Assembly (NCBI GenBank): GCA_003971905.1
Contig: RSEE01000135.1
Coordinates: 62,001 to 126,000 of the forward strand
Direction of reading: 5' to 3'
From: Moniliella sp. 'wahieum'
Taxonomy: Eukaryota
Length of the DNA stretch: 64,000 nucleotides
In this document: positions 48,408-61,037 of the stretch, piece after piece
Position numbering within the stretch: position 1 is the stretch's first letter
Layout of the letters: each line of letters opens with the position of its first letter
The notes under the pieces: model-generated
Seen by the model: only the letters and a program-made list of their open reading frames with translations
Databases searched by the model: none
What the model was told of the DNA's origin: nothing
Translations under genes and position numbers: made by a program

Positions 48408-49533
48408 ATGCGCCTCTCCCTCCTCGCGTGGACGACCGCCGTGCTGGGCAGCGTGGCGCTGGCCGAGGCCGAGGCCAAGAAGCCCAAGTTCACCTACGAC
48501 ACCGCCCAGCCACACCTTTGCCGGCGTCCACTCGCGCAACAAGAACGGCCCCACCAACCCGTCCAAGCCGGAGCTCAACACGCCCATTAACCAGACCTCC
48601 GACTCGCGCCTGGCCAGCATCAACTCGATTGACGACTGGTGCACGTTTGGCCCCAAGCCGCACCACGACAACAAGAAGCAGCTCGGCGAGCTGGAAGCGA
48701 CGACGGTGGCCTACTGCACCAAGCCACGCAACAATGCGCGTGTCATTCCCGATGGCACGATCCATACCGTGTCGTTTGTGCGTACGCCGCTGTACGTGCA
48801 GGTGTATGCGACGGGCGACTTTACCAAGATCAACTTTGCGCCGGGCGACGAAGGCGGCGAGCTGGATCCGCACGGCGCGACCAACATGGGCAATCCTGTT
48901 GGCGGCAACGTCACGTCCAACGTGGTGGATGGCAAGACGGATGTGTTTTACGAAGAGTGGATGAACTATGCGTCGGCGACCGACATGTGTTTCCGCGTGT
49001 GCATTGCCGGGTCGGAGAATGCGACGCCGGGCGAGGTGTGCCAGCACACGCTCGACGAGATGGGATGTGCGTGGGTGATGCCCATGGCCGATTCGGAGCA
49101 TGACTTTGAGACGTGCGACGCGGACGCTGCTTACCCGCCGGGCCTCTACCCGAAAAAGAACGGCTCCACCAGTACCTTCCAACAGTACTATACGGGTGTG
49201 TATACCGGTGGCGATGGCAAGACCACCAGCTACACCAATGGCTCCAAAGACCAAAAGACACCGGCCTCGGCCTACTCCATCCCATCCTCGAGCCACTGCC
49301 GCGCACACAGCTCCATTGCCAATGGGATCAAGTCGCTCGACAAGTCCCACCACCACTCGGGATCGCACTCTGCTTCTGCTTCCTCGTCCCATGCCGCACG
49401 CGCGACCAAGGCCCACAAGCGTCCGCACCACCTCTCTAGCAAGCACCAGTCCTACGCCGTACGCCAGTCCAAGTCCAAGAAGGCCAAGGCGCATTCCCAC
49501 CACCACCACAAGTCGCATTCCCAATCGGCCTAA
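48408..49533 (+). CDS. Secreted protein of the basidiomycete MP88-like mannoprotein family (indels near the 5' end)
   Basis: Signal peptide MRLSLLAWTTAVLGSVALA, then SINSIDDWCTFGP, VAYCTKPRNNARVIPDGTI, GDEGGELDPHGA..GNPVGG, YEEWM, DEMGC.WVMP. Confidence 0.8.
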
Positions 49534-50591
49534 CTCTTTCTCTCGTTGGGCACTTGCTCCTCCTACCTTGCTTCTGACGGGATATAGAGTCTCAGCCCTC
49601 AGCCCTCACCCTTACCCTCCTGTGCATCCCTGTACTAGGTAATGGGACCTACAGCCATTGCGCTTGTTGGTCTCGTGCCTCCTCCAGGCTCCCCGATCCC
49701 CGGTTACCCCCCCCCCCCCCTTGATTCCCTGCACGTTCCCTGCGGCCCTTTTTCCCATTGTCACTTGCCCACCTTTGTTGGGCGTTGCCTCGACGCATGA
49801 CGGTCATGTACGTGATCACGGTTGTTGCAGGCCACGGTTCGGTTGTTTGCCTCTCGTTTTTGTTCTTATTTGGCCGGGCTTGTTGGCTCTGCCTATTCCT
49901 TGGCTTTTTTCTCGGGCACGATTCATTCCCGTGGTGGCCTACCCCAGCCCACTACGAACTGCGTACTAAACCCAGACAGACAGTTGGTCTTTTCTTCATT
50001 TTTTTCCATTCTTCATTCTTTCTTTGGGCTGGGAGAGTGGGTGGATAGATGGGCAAGGGGATGTAGCGACGAGGCGTGGTTGCACGATAGATAGGTTCGC
50101 ACTGCCCGTACCACTGGATAGGGGTAAGGAGGGTACTGCTTACTGCTACCAGGGCAGCGCGCGGTGGTACCCCTGTAAGCCGTAGCGCGTAGGGGCACAA
50201 AACCAGGGGTACATATATAGACACTGGCAAGGGGCCGGTGCAACGAGCTGATCCTGAGCGCCGATGAATATTGAATTGCCGTCCACTTGTGGTTTCACGA
50301 GTCACGCGTCACGAGTCACTCGAGACACTGTTGCCTCCGCGCGCGTGTCGAGACATAGGATCCATGATAGGATACGAGCGGATCAGGTAGGATATGGTCA
50401 GGACAGGTTCGGATTCACGATAGGATAGGATCGGATCGGATCGGAGGGGATATAGGTATCGAAGAAGATAGGGATGGGATGGGATGGGATAGGTATAATA
50501 TCGAATACTCGGGTGTGGGGTCCATGCACTCCGTATCGACGAATGGAAGGAGGTAAGAGGCCCTAGGGCCAGGTAGACTCGACGGGTACAC

Positions 50592-50899
50592 CTACACCAC
50601 TGCCATCCACCTGTGCAGGCGCTGTCGGAGGGTGAGCAGGACATAGACGAACACACCAAACAGGAGGAGGCGCAGGATCCTGCCAAAGGTGAGTATGTAC
50701 TGTAGGTGGTAAGTGGCCTGGCGGGACCTTGTACCCGGGGGTAGTAGCTGTACACCCACCCGCCCCACTCGCGACGGTAGCTGGGTTGCACGTCGTCTTG
50801 CCCGAGCTCCATGGCTGCGTCGTCGTCCGCGAGACGGGGGGCGCCATCGAGGACAACGGAGAGGGACAATCCGGCCGTGCGGCGCTCAGGGGAGGACAT
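50592..50899 (-). CDS. Small hypothetical protein, tandem paralogue 1 (WGGWVYSYYP family; one indel inferred)
   Basis: MSSPE...DDDAAMELGQDDVQPSYRREWGGWVYSYYPRVQ, then a shifted-frame hydrophobic tail ILRLLLFGVFVYVLLTL...WMAVV*. Confidence 0.6.
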
Positions 50900-51421
50900 G
50901 CGTGGGAGATGGTGGTGGTGGTGGTGGTGGCTGCTGCGATCGGCGGAGGAGATAGGATGGCAGCAACCACATGGTAGCCTGTAGCCTATATGTATGGTCG
51001 GACGAGCACGTGACCAGGTACCTATGTAGATGAGCGCGAGCGGCTGCTCGGATCGGGGCAGAATGAGCGTCCTTGATCATCATGATCTCTCTGGGGAGAG
51101 AATGTGTTATTGGACGTGGCTCTTGGCTGGCTGATTGGATTCCTACCTTCGTTGGGTATAAACAGGGAGTTGCTCATTCTTCCGTTGCGATTTTCAACGT
51201 TGCTCAGGGACCGAGAACGCGAAGCAGGATATAGAATTGACAGAGGGAACGAGAACCGATAAAAAAAGCAGGGCACAACGCTCCCATCGATCAGTGGGCG
51301 ATCGAACACGAGGACCGGACCGAAGAGACGGGATTCTTGGACGACGGGTACCGGTTGGGCGGTGGGTGAGCCGTGGACGTACAACTATATAACGAAGGGC
51401 ATCACTCGGAACTAGTGCCAG

Positions 51422-51800
51422 TGTCACGGGCGGGCCCCGCCAGGGGGCTCACCCAGGTTCTTGGGGTACAATCCCTTAGGAGACGGAAGGACGACTCACG
51501 GTAGTTTCGGGCTTGGGCTGGTTGGTGTGTCCGAGCGGAGCTAGGGACAAGGAGAGGCCTTTGGTGGGGCGGCTGCAGGTGTGGCAAGGCTGCGTCTACA
51601 CCGGCTTGGGCCGTAGTAACGTGTCTGAAGCCTCCGGGACTTAGGGACGGGAGGAGGCAGCGGCGGACAAACACTGCCTTAACTGAGACTGGGAATCGGC
51701 GCGACCAAAGGAGGGCTCGCGCGATTGGACTGACGAAGGGCTGGAGGACGAGGTCGGAGGAGAAGTCGGATGCTAACAAGAGAAGTGGTGACGGGGTGAC
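51422..51800. mobile_element. Solo LTR-like dispersed repeat, family 2, near-complete copy
   Basis: TGTCAC...GTGAC terminal inverted ends. Homologous to 34596-34969. No TSD recognisable. Confidence 0.8.
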
Positions 51801-51988
51801 TGACGTCGCAAAGATACTGAATACTTGGTGGTCTCGTTTTGACCACCGACTTGGACTTGGGCGGGAGGCGACTACTGTCGCGCGCGCGCATGGCAACTTG
51901 GGCCACCGCACAGGGTACAACCAACCATCGTCAAACTTGGTTGGGCTTGGGGGAGCGCTCCACTGGGCTGGTGCAGAGCAGACGGGCC

Positions 51989-52327
51989 TTAGCTTGGATC
52001 AGACCATCTTGGATCCGACGCGGCCCGTAACAGCCAGGCCAGCACGATGCCGGTAACGACGAAGACGAAAAGCACATACAGGGGCAGGTAGCAGCACAAC
52101 AGGCGGCGCATGGTCGGGAGCTTGTACTCAATTCGGTGGCAACCCGCCAACCGAGATCCTGTACGCGCTGGATAGTAGCTGTACACCCACCCTCCCCACT
52201 CGCGACGGTAGCTGGGTTGGACGTTGTCTTGGCCGAGTTCGACGGCCGCGTCGTCGTCGGTGGTCGGGGGCAGGCGATCAAGGGCGATGTCGGCGGGCAA
52301 AAGCTCCGCTTCTTCGGGCGAGGACAT
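51989..52327 (-). CDS. Small hypothetical protein, tandem paralogue 2
   Basis: MSSPEEAELL...TDDDAAVELGQDNVQPSYRREWGGWVYSYYP...LLCCYLPLYVLFVFVVTGIVLAWLL (TM-like), uninterrupted frame. Confidence 0.65.
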   Translation of the reverse strand: MSSPEEAELLPADIALDRLPPTTDDDAAVELGQDNVQPSYRREWGGWVYSYYPARTGSRLAGCHRIEYKLPTMRRLLCCYLPLYVLFVFVVTGIVLAWLLRAASDPRWSDPS

Positions 52328-53002
52328 GAGTGGGAGTGTGGTGTGGTGGTGGTGGGGGAAGTACGATCGGTGGAGGAGATAGGATAGCAGCATCCACATG
52401 GTTGTCCCATATGTATGGTTGGACGAGCACGTGACCTCAGGGTTATCTGCGCGCACCACCGCCTTCCGTTGGGCATCGATGGAAGGGGGCGGCATCAAAG
52501 GCTAGTCCAGCAGGGAACTCATTTTGCTGATTGTTCGTTGTGATGGTCAACGGCTACGTCTTAACAGGATCGGATTAACGATAGGATAAGATCGGTCCAA
52601 GTGGCTAGGTATCGAATACGATATGAATAGGATAGAGGATAGGATAGGATATAGGATAGGATAGGATAGGGTATAGGACGGGCTCAAGGGCAGTCCAAAT
52701 GCAGAAGAGCAGAATGAGAGCTGCGAGAGGAGCTTTCGTGGGTAAGTCAACGACGACGGAGGGGTTGGAGCACAACAGGAGGGCACTCGACAGGGACTTT
52801 GAACGCCGCTTGCCCCAAAGGCGCGGTTTGTGGCAGACTTTACATTCCATGTATATACACGGCGCGGGGGGGGGGGGCTGGGGCTGTTGGGAGCGAGAAT
52901 CAGTGCGTTCGGTACTCGGGGCGAATGGAATGGATCGGCGCATCGAGGAATGATGGAAGCAGGGCAGGAGGTCCGTGGTCCAGGTGGGTTCGACCCGTCC
53001 AC

Positions 53003-53303
53003 CTACACCCAGCGCATCCACTTGCCCAACCCCAGCAGCAAGAGGACGGCCCAGATGTACGCCAAAACAGGAGGTAGCCCCGCGTGTTGTGCAGGAGCAC
53101 AAACTGTAGTTGGTAGGTGCCCCACCAGCGGGATCTTGTACCCGGGGGTAGTAGCTGTACACCCACCCGCCCCACGCGCAACGGTAGCTGGGTTGGGGGT
53201 CGTCTTGGCCAAGTTCGATGGCCGCGTCGTCGTCTGTGTTCGGGGGCAGACGGCCAAGGACGAGGCCGGCCCGCAAGAGAGCCGCTTCTTCGGGCGAGGA
53301 CAT
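53003..53303 (-). CDS. Small hypothetical protein, tandem paralogue 3 (one indel inferred)
   Basis: MSSPEEAALL...TDDDAAIELGQDDPQPSYRCAWGGWVYSYYPRVQ, then a shifted-frame tail VLAYIWAVLLLLGLGKWMRWV*. Confidence 0.6.
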
Positions 53304-53654
53304 GCGTGGTAGTGGTGGTGGTGGTGGTGGGGGAGATATAAGATGGCTGCAACCACATGGCCCCCTATCTGACAACGTGACCACATGACCACGTGACAAG
53401 TGCGGGGCGGAATGGGGCGGGGCGGAAGGGCGGAAGGGCGCAACCCCAGAGAGCCAGCGTACAGAAAGTGAAATTTCAGTGTTGGGCGGCAAAAAATTCT
53501 TCCAATTCCAACGCCACTGCATTTCCACCACCGCATTCAGCTTCTCTTCCACGCGCATTCGCATTGGATTGGCATCGCCACCATCTCCATCGCCATCGCC
53601 ACCATCTCCATCGTCATTGCCACCATCTCCATCGTCATTGCCACCATCTCCATC

Positions 53655-53712
53655 GCCACCACCACCACACCACCACCACCACCACCACCACCACCACCAC
53701 CACCACCCCACC
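53655..53712. repeat. (CAC)n trinucleotide tract, preceded by 21-bp tandem units (53575-53660), in the RPO41 leader
   Basis: Direct reading of the sequence. Confidence 0.85.
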
Positions 53713-56700
53713 ATGCTAATGCTGCGCGCCGTGTCGCGCCGCGCCCCCCCCCACCCCTCCCCCTACCCCACCGCCTCGCCGCGTCCAGCGCCAAGGCCGC
53801 CGCCACCACCAGCAGCGCCGCGCCGCCACTCGCCTCCTCCGCCTCTGCGCCCATCGCCACGCCGCTCGACACAGACTTCCACGCGCTCTTCTCCCGCCCC
53901 AGCCCCGTCTTCCCCTCCCCGCTCCCGCCCAGCTTTGTGTCTGCCTACCTTCCGCGCGGCAGCCCCATCACCTCCGAGCGCGACAACCTCCCGCCGCTGT
54001 CGGACGACCGTGTGCGCGCGCTCTTCACCAACGATCTGCTCTACCCGCCCTCGGGCGCGTGAGCAGCGCGCGATGCTGCGCACGTCGATCGATGCGGGCT
54101 TTGCCCTGCGCGCAGGCAAACTGTTTGATGCGCTGTACCACAATGGGCTTACGCGGTACCAGCGGCTACTGGACCTGTCGCGCTCGTCGCTCGACGCGGG
54201 TGCGGCGTCGTCGTCGACCCAGGCCCAGTTGCTCAACAGCGCGCGGCTGTCCAAGCGCGTGTGGGACGACTTGATCCACCTCTTCCTCTTCAAGGCTGCC
54301 GCCGTAGCCAACGAAAAGACCAAAGCCGACTTTTTCCGCCGCGCCCAGGTCCTCGCTGAACGCATGATCCGATCCACCTCCCTTACGGATCTTGCTTCGG
54401 CGGGCGTGCACCGACCCTACGAGCCTGCGGCCGACGCGGTCACCGGCGCCATCCTCCTAAAAGGCTATGCTCGGTATGTTGTTTTAACCCCCCCTCCCCG
54501 TGAAGTTGAGGAACAGGGACGAAGGGGTACGATGTTCGATGCTAACGCGCCATGTGCATGTGTGTAGGGTACTGCAGAGCTGGCCAACCAACCACCGTCT
54601 GCGGCAGTCGGCGCGGGACGTGATTGTGACCTTGTCGCGGGTTGGAATCACGATGGCGGACATGGCGCGCAGTCCATTTTGGTACCTTGATCCGCCGCTG
54701 TACGAAGCGGAGGAAGGTGGGCTGGCGCCGCTCGGTCGCAACCAGGCAATGGGCATCTTGCTGAGCAACGCAGCGTCAGACGAGCGTCTGGCGACCATGG
54801 TGATGGAGATGGAGGTGGTGCTGGACCGATTGGAAGAAAAAGATGCTGAAGCTGCGGCGGCCCAGGTGGCCTTCGATTCGGCCGCACCATCCACCGCACT
54901 TTCTTCTTCCGCTTCCTCCTCCTCTTCCCCAATTACCGCAACTACCGCAACTACCGCTGCTCCTGCCACCCCCGCATCCCCAACCACAACAACAACCACA
55001 ACAACATCAGTAGCAACAACAACACCCTCCCCCTGACACCTTGCCCACCATCGATCCTACCTTGACCACGAGCAACTCCAAGTACACCGAGGGATTACGC
55101 GTGCGCAGCAGCTCGATCCCGAGTTTGCCGCGACGCCGCTGAACCTAGCGGTGCTAATGGAGAACCTCGGGGCGATCGAGGAATCGCGGCGGTTATTTGA
55201 TGATCCGTACAAGCGGCAAAAGTGGTTGGAAGATTCGGCGTTGGAAGCGGCGCGCAAGCGGCTCAAGGTGGCCAACGAGATGCTAGGTGCAGCAGCCAAG
55301 GGCGCAATGGACCTAGGCGACAAGCAGGTCCAACTGTGGATGTGGGATTGGTTTTCGTCGATGCAGACGGAACTCAAAAGGATTGTAGCGACGATCAAGG
55401 ACAGTCGTGAGCCGTCGCGTTCTTCATCGGGTGACGGGGAGCCCGCCGTGGAGTTTGCGCTGCACCCGTTGCTCAAGAGCGTGTCGACGGAAAAGTTGGC
55501 GCTGATCCCCGTGCTGGAGCTGATGGCGATGCTGGGAGCGGGGCAGGCGAGTGAAGGGCTGCGTGTTGCACGAGCATGCTTTACGATTGGCAAGTCGATC
55601 GAGAAGGAGTACCACCAACAGCAGGCCAAGCGACGAGAACGTCTGTTGCGTTCCGAAGCCAAGCACGGCGCAGCGGCCATTGACCGCAGCACGATTGCGC
55701 TCATGGACCAGGGCAACTTTACGCGTCCGGAAGTGCGTGCGGAGCTCAAGTCGCTAGCACAGGAGCGGGACGAGATGTGGACCACGCCACGGTGGTCGCA
55801 CACGATGCGGCTCAAGATGGGTTCGTTCTTATTGGACCTGTTGACGCGTGTGGCGCTGATTCGGCGTTCCGCACGCGCACGCGACGGCTCGCTCTGGAAC
55901 CAAAAGTTGCCCGCGTTTTATACCAGCTACCAGTACCACTCGGGCCGGCGCGTGGGCGTGATCAAGCTCAACAACTACATTCTCGACCGGATGGACCGCG
56001 CATCCTTGTCGGGCGTGCTGCATCCGCGGCAGCTGCCCATGCTCGTGCCGCGCGTCCGTGGGTGGCGCACAACTCGGGCGGGTACTTTACCGAGCGCAAG
56101 AGCGTGATGCGTCTGAAAGACTCGACGGAGCAGGGCTCGTATCTGCGTGCGGCCAGCGACTCGGGCGAACTGGACAAGGTGCTGTCGTCGCTCGACGTGC
56201 TGGGCCAGACGGCGTGGCGGGTGAACCGGCGCGTGCTCGAGGTGGTGACCGAGGTGTGGAACGCCGGCGTGGCCGTGGGCGACCTCCCGCCCAGGAGGTG
56301 GAAGTGGTGGAGCCGCCAAGCCAGCCGACTACGCGACGAACCTGCGTTCGCGGCACCTGTACAACCAGCTGCTGCTGCGTGCGCAGGCGGCGCAGGCGGC
56401 CAACCACAGCCAGCGGTGCGACACCAACTACAAGCTGGAGATTGCGCGCGCGTTTGCCAACGACAAGTTCTACTTTCCGCACAACATTGATTTCCGCGGG
56501 CGGGCGTACCCGATCCCGCCCAACTTTAACCACATGGGCAACGACCTGTGCCGCGGGCTGCTCAAGTTTGACAAGAGCAAGCCGCTGGGCGTGCACGGGC
56601 TGCGCTGGCTCAAGATCCACCTGGCGAACGTGTTTGGGTTTGACAAGGCGTCGCTGCGCGACCGGGCGGCGTGGACGGAGGCGCGCCTGGACAAGGTACG

Positions 56701-58163
56701 CGACGCGGCCGAAAACCCGCTGACGGGCTCGCGCTGGTGGCTCGGCGCGGACGACCCGTGGCAGTGCCTGGCGGCGTGCGTGGAGCTGACGGCGGCGCTG
56801 GACCACGCCGACGGGCCCGAGGCGTTCGCGTCGTCGCTGCCGGTGCACCAGGACGGGACGTGCAACGGGCTGCAGCACTATGCGGCGCTGGGCGGCGACC
56901 TGGCCGGGGCGAAGCAGGTGAACCTGGCGCAGGGCGAGAAGCCGGCGGACGTGTACACGGGCGTGGCGGAGCTGGTGATCCAGCAGCTGGAGCAGGACGC
57001 GGCGCGCGGCGTCGAGGAGGCGCAGCTGCTGCAGGGCAAGATTACGCGCAAGGTGGTCAAGCAGACGGTCATGACGACCGTGTACGGCGTGACGTTTATC
57101 GGGGCCAAGGCGCAGATCAAGAAGCAGCTGGCCGAGAAGGAGATTGGGCCCGAGGAGCTGTGGTCGACGTCCAAGTACCTGGCCAAGGTGGTGCTGGCCA
57201 AGATTGGGCACCTGTTCAGCGCGCGACGAGCATCCAGCGCTGGCTGCACATGTGCGCGCGCCTGATCGCCAAGTCGGTGCCGGCCGAGCGCATGGAGGAT
57301 GCCGAGCAGCTCGTTGTCTGCTCGCGGCCGCGCGCGCGCCAAGGACGGCACGCTGGAGCGCACGCCCGTCGCGCGGCGCAATGTGTTCAAGGAGCAGATG
57401 ACGTCCGTCATCTGGACCACCGCCCTCGGCCTGCCCGTCGTGCAGCCCTACCGCCGCCAGAAGAAGCGCCAGATGGGCACCAAGCTCCAGTCCATCTTTA
57501 TCAACGACCCCTCAACCACGAGGTCAGCCCGCAGAAGCAGGCCAGCGCCTTCCCGCCCAACTTTATCCACTCGCTCGACGCGACCCCATGATGATGACGG
57601 CGCTCGAGTCCCGCGCCGGCCTGACCTTTGCCTCGGTCCACGACTCGTACTGGACGCACGCCAGCGACGTCGACACGCTGTCGGATCTGATCCGCGAGAC
57701 GTTTGTGCTGCTGCACTCGAACGACATTCTGGCCAACCTGCGGCAAGAGTTCCTCGACCGCTTTGGCGACCAGGTCATCTACGTCAAGGATTTGGAGACG
57801 TGTCTCGACGAGCTCGAGACGGCCAACGATGGCCAGCTGCCGGCCAATGTGGCGCACCTTACGCGGCGTTCGGCCCCGCGGGGGGAGAAATTGAACGACG
57901 GTTTGGTCGCCGCGGCCAAGGTGTTGGCGGACGAGCGACCTGCGGGATCCCCATCTCCCCAGCGGACCAAACTCGCGCCGCTCCCGTTGGCCGCGCCCGA
58001 GGCGAGCCTGTCGCTCGATACCTCGGGCCGGCTGGACGCGCCGGCGGTGAACCCCAAGGATCGGCCGCCGTACCTGCCGCTGAAGGACTTGCTCCCGCCG
58101 CTGCCGCCCAAGGGCACGTTTGACGTCAAGGAGATCCGGCGGAGTTTGTACTTTTTCTCCTAA
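53713..58163 (+). CDS. RPO41: Mitochondrial single-subunit (T7-like) RNA polymerase; intron 54474-54567; several indels
   Basis: Arg-rich presequence-like start, [75 protein letters not shown], terminal YFFS*. Confidence 0.97.
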
Positions 58164-58431
58164 GTAGCTTTTTTTTCGACCTCAGTGTCTTTCCATGCAC
58201 GCATCCATCCATCCACCCATCGTATGCCTTCCTTCCCATTGCTTTTAATCCTACGTTCCTTTCCTCTTCTCCTCTTCCGTGCCTCGGCGTGGGCGCTCCG
58301 CGTCGCATTGCATTGCATTGCATGATCTATGCCATCCCCTCCCAGTGCCCACATCGCACCGTCACGTAGACAAATGTACACACACACAAGTACACAGACA
58401 GAACAACAAAGTAGAGAGGTGTTTACCGCTT

Positions 58432-60935
58432 TTACCACACCAAGCGCTGCACCTCGTACGGCCCCACCTCTTTCTCGCGACGCACCTTGCCCCCCGTCTT
58501 GCGCAGTCCGGCGCCCGTGACCGCCGCATCGAGCTGGCGCGACAGGGCGAGCGAAGCAGAGCCAGCTGCCCCGTCGTCGTCACACCCATCGAAGCAGCCG
58601 AAGATGCACCCGGGGGCAAGGACGTCTGAGTAGCCATAGCCGTAGCCGTAGCTGTGGCGGTAGGACCCTGCTCCTGGGCCTCGCGATCTTGGTTTACAGC
58701 AGCAAACGCAGCCAAGGGACCGCTCCAACGGGCGAGGGACGAGAGGAGCAGTTCCTCCTGTGCTACGCGACGCTGAATATCCTGCACGGTCAACTGAGCT
58801 TGGGCCGTAGACGTGCCCAGGATCCAGGGCACCAACGTATCCAGTACATCTTGTGCCAGCTCGTACGTCCCCATCGCCAGCGGGTGCAGCACCGCGTTGC
58901 AACTCGTCCCCGTCGCCTTCTCGGTCGCATTCGCAGGTTCAGTGGCATTGGCATTCGCAGTGGCATCAGGTGTGGTGTGGTCGTGGTCGTGCTCCAGTGC
59001 GTGATGCTGCTGCTGTTGCTGCTCGGGGGAGAAGATGTGGAGCAAGAGCGTAAGGAAGCGGTGTGCAGTTGCGCCTGAGGGATCGTCACGCACAGCACGG
59101 GCAAGTGCAAGACGGAGGTCAGAGCGGGACAAGTGCGCACCAACCAAGTACGGTACAAGCGGATCTTGCTCCCCCGTTGGGACAGCAAGGAAAAGCGCGA
59201 CGACCTCATTGGCTTCGACGTGCACCATACGCCGTAGCATGCGCAGGGCAAAGTCGAGTCCGAATGCGCGGTACGACCGTACGGGAACGTGCACCGCCGG
59301 CACGCAACTGGCCAGACGCAGGAGTAGCTCTTGTCCCGCCTCGGGGTCGTGGGATTGCAGCGACTGCGTAACGAGGGCCGCGACGGTCGTGCTGTCCAGT
59401 CGGAACGGCGCCGCGGCGCCCGTCCACTGCGACAGGACAAAAGGCACACTGAGCTTCTCCATGTCCACATCCACATTCGCATCCCCGTGCGCGTGCGCTT
59501 TGCCGTGGGGGGTGGCTTGCTTGTGGCTGCTCTTGTCCGTGGGGGTGACGGTGAGCGGCGAGGTGGAGCGGCGGCAAGGGCGGCGCGCAAGCTCGAGCTA
59601 GGCGGAACAGAGACGTGGAGGTGGAAGAGGGAGTGGGATCGGTCGTTGGGGACAGGGAGGGTGAGGAGGAACTGGTCCAGGGCGAGGCGGGTGAGCGAAT
59701 TAGAGTAAGCCGGAACGGGCAGGACAGAGTGGGCGATGCGCACGCCGAGGTGCGTGTCGTACAGGCTCACTGTCGCGTGCGTGTCGAGGGTGAGTGCAAA
59801 GGACTCGTTGAGTGATAACACGCTGTGCGCGGCAGCTGCGACGGTGTGCACGCTCCCACTGCGCGCGATCGTGTACAGTACACCTTCCGAGGCTACCCGG
59901 TCCAGGTGAAAGCGAACGCGAAAGTGAAAGCGAAAGGGAACAAAGGTCAATACAACCGGATCAAATGCGCGCGTATGATGCCACGATGACAAATAAGGGG
60001 AGAAGGATGCAGGCGACAAGACAAGACAAGACAAGAAAAGAAAAGGGACGACGTACTGAGCACACGGACTTGGCCCGTACGAAACAGGGAAGCAGCGAGG
60101 ACAGATCCCTTGGTGGGGAGTGGGGTGTGTGTAGCATCCGAGGCAGTGAGCAAGGGCGGAGCCAACGTGTGCAGGACGGCCTGGGAAGGCGCGACGAGGG
60201 AGACGATTCCCAGCGACCCGTCGGCCAACAAGCTCACGTCGAGCACTTTGCCGCGTACTTGGGCGTGGGCCGGCGCGCTGGGCCGGCGCAGTACCGATCC
60301 ATCAGCCACAGAACCACACACCACCACCACCACTACCACCAGAAGACGGGACAGCAGAAGAAGATTTGGGAGATAAAAGGGCAGCTAAGTCGAGGACGCA
60401 AATAGCGCCAGTCTCCAAGACGATGGCGAGGAGCTTGGCGGTACAGTCGAGCGGGGTGAGGGCAAGTGCCTTGCAGGCAAGCGGACGGTGTGCGGGAGGT
60501 CGTGGCCATCGGTATCGATGCGGTGGGCCAAGCGAGGGGCAAAGACCGAGGTGAAGATGTGTGCTTCGTACGTGGTGGAGGTGCGCGTGCCACACGCGAC
60601 GAGCGCAAGTGTCGTGACTGTCTCTGCTTTGCCCGAGGGGGACGAAGGGAAGGAGGGAGAGGCGTGGAGGAGACGAGGGCGAGCGGGGGCGCAGTGAGGA
60701 CGTGGCTGGGCTGGAGCGGGAAGGAGGCGAGCGGGGCGGCGGGCTGGTCGGGGCGGAGGAGGCTGAGCGCGTGGCGGTCGGCGGCGAGCACGGCGAGGTT
60801 GCGCACGCGCTTGAGGGGGGCGGAGGTGGTGGTGGAAGTAGTACTGGTGGTGCGAAGAACACTGCCTGGAGTAAGGGTGGAGGAGGCTGGGCGCCCCAGC
60901 GGCTGCACATCCGAAAGCAACGCAGACACTCCCAT
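58432..60935 (-). CDS. Probable UTP8/NOL11-like SSU processome protein; intron ~59893-60056; indels
   Basis: Beta-rich N-terminal half, helical C-terminal half, ending VGPYEVQRLVW*, similar to the YxxExL terminus of Utp8/NOL11. Gene presence is clearer than the identity. Confidence 0.55.
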
Positions 60936-61037
60936 TGAGAAGATGGAAGTACAAACCACTACCAAACTACTACCACCACCGACTCTCGTATTGCTTTTTT
61001 TCCTGCGATCGGTGCAACCGAGTACCATTTACCCCGC

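Noticed and set aside
34596..51800. The two ~375-bp repeats as the ends of one 17-kb retroelement
   Set aside because: The interior holds core genes and no gag/pol, the copies are clearly diverged, the first is truncated, and there is no shared TSD.
53713..58163. T7-like RNA polymerase as a phage or linear-plasmid insertion
   Set aside because: It has a spliceosomal intron, a presequence-like start, host-like codon usage and housekeeping neighbours, so it is the ordinary nuclear RPO41.
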